NCBI RefSeq assembly: GCF_045037415.1
Contig: NZ_CP173438.1
Reading direction: 5' to 3' (one strand)
From: Escherichia coli
GTDB lineage: Bacteria > Pseudomonadota > Gammaproteobacteria > Enterobacterales > Enterobacteriaceae
DNA: 64,000 nt
Positions 63,356 through 64,000 of this stretch are shown here, piece after piece. Made by a program: the position numbers and the translations under genes. Each line of letters begins with the position of its first letter. The stretch's first letter is position 1. The notes under the pieces were generated by a model. It saw nothing but the letters and a program-made list of their open reading frames with translations. It was not told where the DNA came from and made no database searches.

Positions 63356-64000
63356 CCGTGTTCTCCCTCGCTTTTTTGCTGATGTTTGTGGAACCACATT
63401 ATCGGCATAATTAGCAGCAGCAACATGACGATCGCTACCGCTGAGGCCACCGGCCAGTCGCGGTTGTTAAAGAACTCCTGCCACAGCACGCGCCCGATCA
63501 TGATGCTGTCCGGGCCACCGAGCAGTTCCGGGATCACAAACTCGCCCACAGCCGGGATAAACACCAGCATCGATCCGGCAATAATCCCACCTTTAGTCAG
63601 CGGCACGATCACAGTAAAGAACGTTTTCAGCGGTCGTGCACCGAGATCCAGTGCCGCTTCTACCAGCGAATAATCAATACGAATCAACGCGGTGTAAATC
63701 GGCAGCACCATAAACGGCACGTAGGCGTAAACAATGCCAATATAAACCGCAAAGTTGGTATGCAGAATGGTCAGCGGTTGATCGATAATCCCCAGCCACA
63801 GCAGAAAATTATTCAGCACACCGTTGTTTTTTAATATTCCCATCCAGGCGTAGACACGAATCAGAAACGAGGTCCACGACGGCAGGATCACCAGTAGTAA
63901 TAAGATATTACGGGTCGAAGGCTTACTGTGCGCCACCGCCCACGCCAGCGGATAGCCGATCAGTAAACAGCAAATAGTCGAAATCGCCGCCACCTGTAAC
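63352..64000 (-). CDS. potH: putrescine ABC transporter permease PotH, C-terminal part (gene truncated by window end)
   Basis: Open frame runs to window edge; ABC permease EAA-loop region; overlaps potI start. Confidence 0.9.
   Translation of the reverse strand, partial: LQVAAISTICCLLIGYPLAWAVAHSKPSTRNILLLLVILPSWTSFLIRVYAWMGILKNNGVLNNFLLWLGIIDQPLTILHTNFAVYIGIVYAYVPFMVLPIYTALIRIDYSLVEAALDLGARPLKTFFTVIVPLTKGGIIAGSMLVFIPAVGEFVIPELLGGPDSIMIGRVLWQEFFNNRDWPVASAVAIVMLLLLIMPIMWFHKHQQKSEGEHG

Overview
The window has two parts. Positions 1 to about 19.8 kb are the late-gene region of a P2-like (Peduovirus-type) myovirus prophage; positions 19.9 to 64 kb are ordinary Escherichia coli-type core chromosome. 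All calls rest on reading the six-frame translations and the DNA by eye against remembered protein families and E. coli K-12 N-termini; no database search was run.

Prophage (1-~19750): capsid completion gene L, tail gene X, a lysis cassette (holin, M15 endolysin, overlapping Rz/Rz1 spanins), tail completion R/S, baseplate V-W-J-I, tail fibre H and its assembly gene, then U, tape measure T, E/E', tube FII and sheath FI on the minus strand, and D and ogr on the plus strand. No integrase or att core is visible, so the right boundary is unresolved.

Four things in the prophage stand out:
- A Gin/Pin-type invertible tail-fibre switch (about 8685-11432) with gix-like 26-bp sites, ~130-bp inverted repeats, an alternative fibre C-terminus plus assembly gene in inverted orientation, and an adjacent invertase gene.
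- A 625-aa cargo gene (2061-3938) between the lysis cassette and gene R, with a DUF1737-like N-terminus and a GQSN-motif SGNH esterase core, resembling prophage NanS-p sialate O-acetylesterases.
- A hok/mok-like type I toxin locus (19370-19740) between ogr and serS.
- The FI-FII-E-T-U block is inverted relative to the canonical P2 gene order as I recall it.

Host segment (19919-64000), colinear with K-12 potH-serS in reverse orientation: serS, rarA, lolA, ftsK, lrp, trxB, cydDC, aat, infA, tRNA-Ser (serW), clpA, clpS, cspD, macBA, ybjX, ybjD, aqpZ, lysO, hcp-hcr, poxB, ltaE, ybjT, ybjS, amiD, ybjQ, ybjP, artPIQM, artJ, rlmC, ybjO, potI and partial potH. No rRNA genes or CRISPR arrays were seen. 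Lesser observations include a 39-aa longer FtsK linker than I recall for K-12, a GC-rich structured element between aqpZ and lysO, and a 21-bp direct repeat downstream of serW.
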